This document shows positions 63,225 to 64,000 of a stretch of DNA of 64,000 bases, in pieces. Both the position numbers and the translations under genes were made by a program. Below the pieces are notes generated by a model that made no database searches, was not told the DNA's origin, and saw nothing but the letters and a program-made list of their open reading frames with translations. This DNA is from Nitrospirota bacterium (lineage in GTDB: Bacteria; Nitrospirota; Nitrospiria; SBBL01; JAADHI01): the NCBI GenBank assembly GCA_029261215.1, contig JAJDBT010000113.1, positions 2,308-66,307 on the forward strand, given 5' to 3'. The number at the start of each line of letters is the position of its first letter. Within the stretch, counting starts at the first letter, position 1.

Positions 63225-63825
63225 TTTTTTGATCAAGTTGAATCCCTTCAAGGCACTGATTCAGGGCAGTCTGGCGCTTTTGAATGCTCATGAGCGATAA
63301 TTTCAAATCTTCAGGAGAGATATCGCCTTCTACTAATTGGTGATTTAAGGCATCAATTTCCTCACCTAAAAGGGCATTCTTGTTTTTCAGCTCTTGAAAA
63401 GTTTCCTGCAAGGAAACGCTCATCTCGTTGATCTCTTTCATTAAATCAACAAGGAAATCTTTTTTTCTGAGTGTGATTTTCTGAGAAAAATCTCGCTTTT
63501 TCATTGATTGAATGGCCAACTTAAAACGGTAAATTGGTCCGGCGATGCGATGACTGAGTCGAATACTTTGAAAGGCCACCAGAATAAGCAGCACAAAAAT
63601 CGCAGGCCAAAAATGCTCGTGAAGTGTAATAAAGTCTTTCCCGACACTCATCATTTCGGATGAAACGGTTTCATGATCAATGCGATAGGCCAAAGGCACA
63701 AACAAAAACAAAGCGAGCAGAAACATGTACATCATGGCGTTAATCACCACAGTCACTGCGATGCGGCCCTGAAAAGGGCGGTCAATATATTTTCTGTACC
63801 TTCGATTCGACATTTTATCCATCAT
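63217..63825 (-). CDS. Two-TM membrane protein with HAMP domain and C-terminal coiled coil, no recognisable output domain
   Basis: Two TM segments. HAMP-like SHRIAGPIYRFKLAIQSMKKRDFSQKITLRKKDFLVDLMKEINEMSVSLQ, then heptad-rich sequence. Overlaps the pilin gene start by 8 nt. Confidence 0.6.
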   Translation of the reverse strand: MMDKMSNRRYRKYIDRPFQGRIAVTVVINAMMYMFLLALFLFVPLAYRIDHETVSSEMMSVGKDFITLHEHFWPAIFVLLILVAFQSIRLSHRIAGPIYRFKLAIQSMKKRDFSQKITLRKKDFLVDLMKEINEMSVSLQETFQELKNKNALLGEEIDALNHQLVEGDISPEDLKLSLMSIQKRQTALNQCLEGIQLDQKNV

Positions 63826-63879
63826 CCTTCAAATACGATTAAACGTGAAACGGGGGGAATCAATCTACATCTCACAAAA

Positions 63880-63908
63880 AACATACCACCCGGACCAGAG
63901 TCCGTCAA
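63880..63908 (-). promoter_or_regulatory. Sigma-70-type promoter candidate for the HAMP-pilin pair
   Basis: The minus strand reads TTGACG-N17-TATGTT, about 55 nt upstream of the ATG at 63825. Confidence 0.3.
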
Positions 63909-64000
63909 AACACCGCTTTTTATAAAATACGGTTTGAAGTTCACCCTCATTGAAAGAATGGAGTCTCCTGCAAAATATTTACAAATGAAGAATATACGGT

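Noticed and set aside
1-64000. Search for mobile elements, CRISPR arrays, phage or defence genes and long direct repeats
   Set aside because: I recognised no transposase, integrase or recombinase motifs, no regularly spaced direct repeats and no terminal inverted repeats. Gene density and overlaps are typical of core chromosome. This was visual inspection only and has not been verified computationally.

Overview
This window is a chromosomal segment from a flagellated, chemotactic Gram-negative bacterium. The lineage cannot be assigned from sequence alone: proteobacterial hallmarks (CheZ, TesA/YbbA/YbbP, an ECF sigma with DUF3619 and DUF3106 partners) sit beside a fliK-flgDE-fliL...flhFG-fliA gene order. 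About 5.3-46.2 kb is one flagellar/chemotaxis supercluster. The minus strand carries fliK-flgD-flgE (ending in a strong intrinsic terminator), then fliLMNOPQR-flhBA-flhFG-fliA, then cheD-STAS-PP2C/Ser-kinase, then cheA-cheW-cheY2-cheB-cheR-cheY-cheZ, then pilZ-motA-motB'-motB and an EAL-HDOD gene. The divergent plus strand carries a hybrid histidine kinase plus a sigma-54 activator, followed by a TPR gene, a second kinase, a second sigma-54 activator and flgBC-fliEFGHIJ plus a FlbB/MotE-like gene. By eye I found three GG-N10-GC sigma-54-type promoters (before fliK, fliL and the TPR gene) and two TAAAG-N15-xCCGATAx sigma-28-type promoters (before cheD and cheA). The flanks are housekeeping or accessory: a partial ybbP-like permease, an ABC ATPase, long-form dCTP deaminase, tesA-like hydrolase, HU, a His/Met-rich HMA-like protein, queG, a HAD hydrolase, RidA, mltG and alaS. 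Further right are a three-gene secreted/lipoprotein cluster (CsgG-like plus DUF799-like), a GAF-PAS-GGDEF-EAL gene, a four-gene ECF sigma module, a methyltransferase, an FMN oxidoreductase, and a HAMP membrane protein coupled to a type IV pilin-like gene. I saw no rRNA, tRNA, CRISPR array, transposase or integrase. The most interesting candidates are: (1) a receiver-less HsbR/HsbA-like partner-switch cassette with an atypical CheD directly after fliA; (2) a stator locus with one MotA and two MotB paralogues, one lacking the channel Asp; (3) the uncharacterised CsgG-like/DUF799-like envelope triad. All family assignments are by-eye motif recognition and need HMM or BLAST confirmation.
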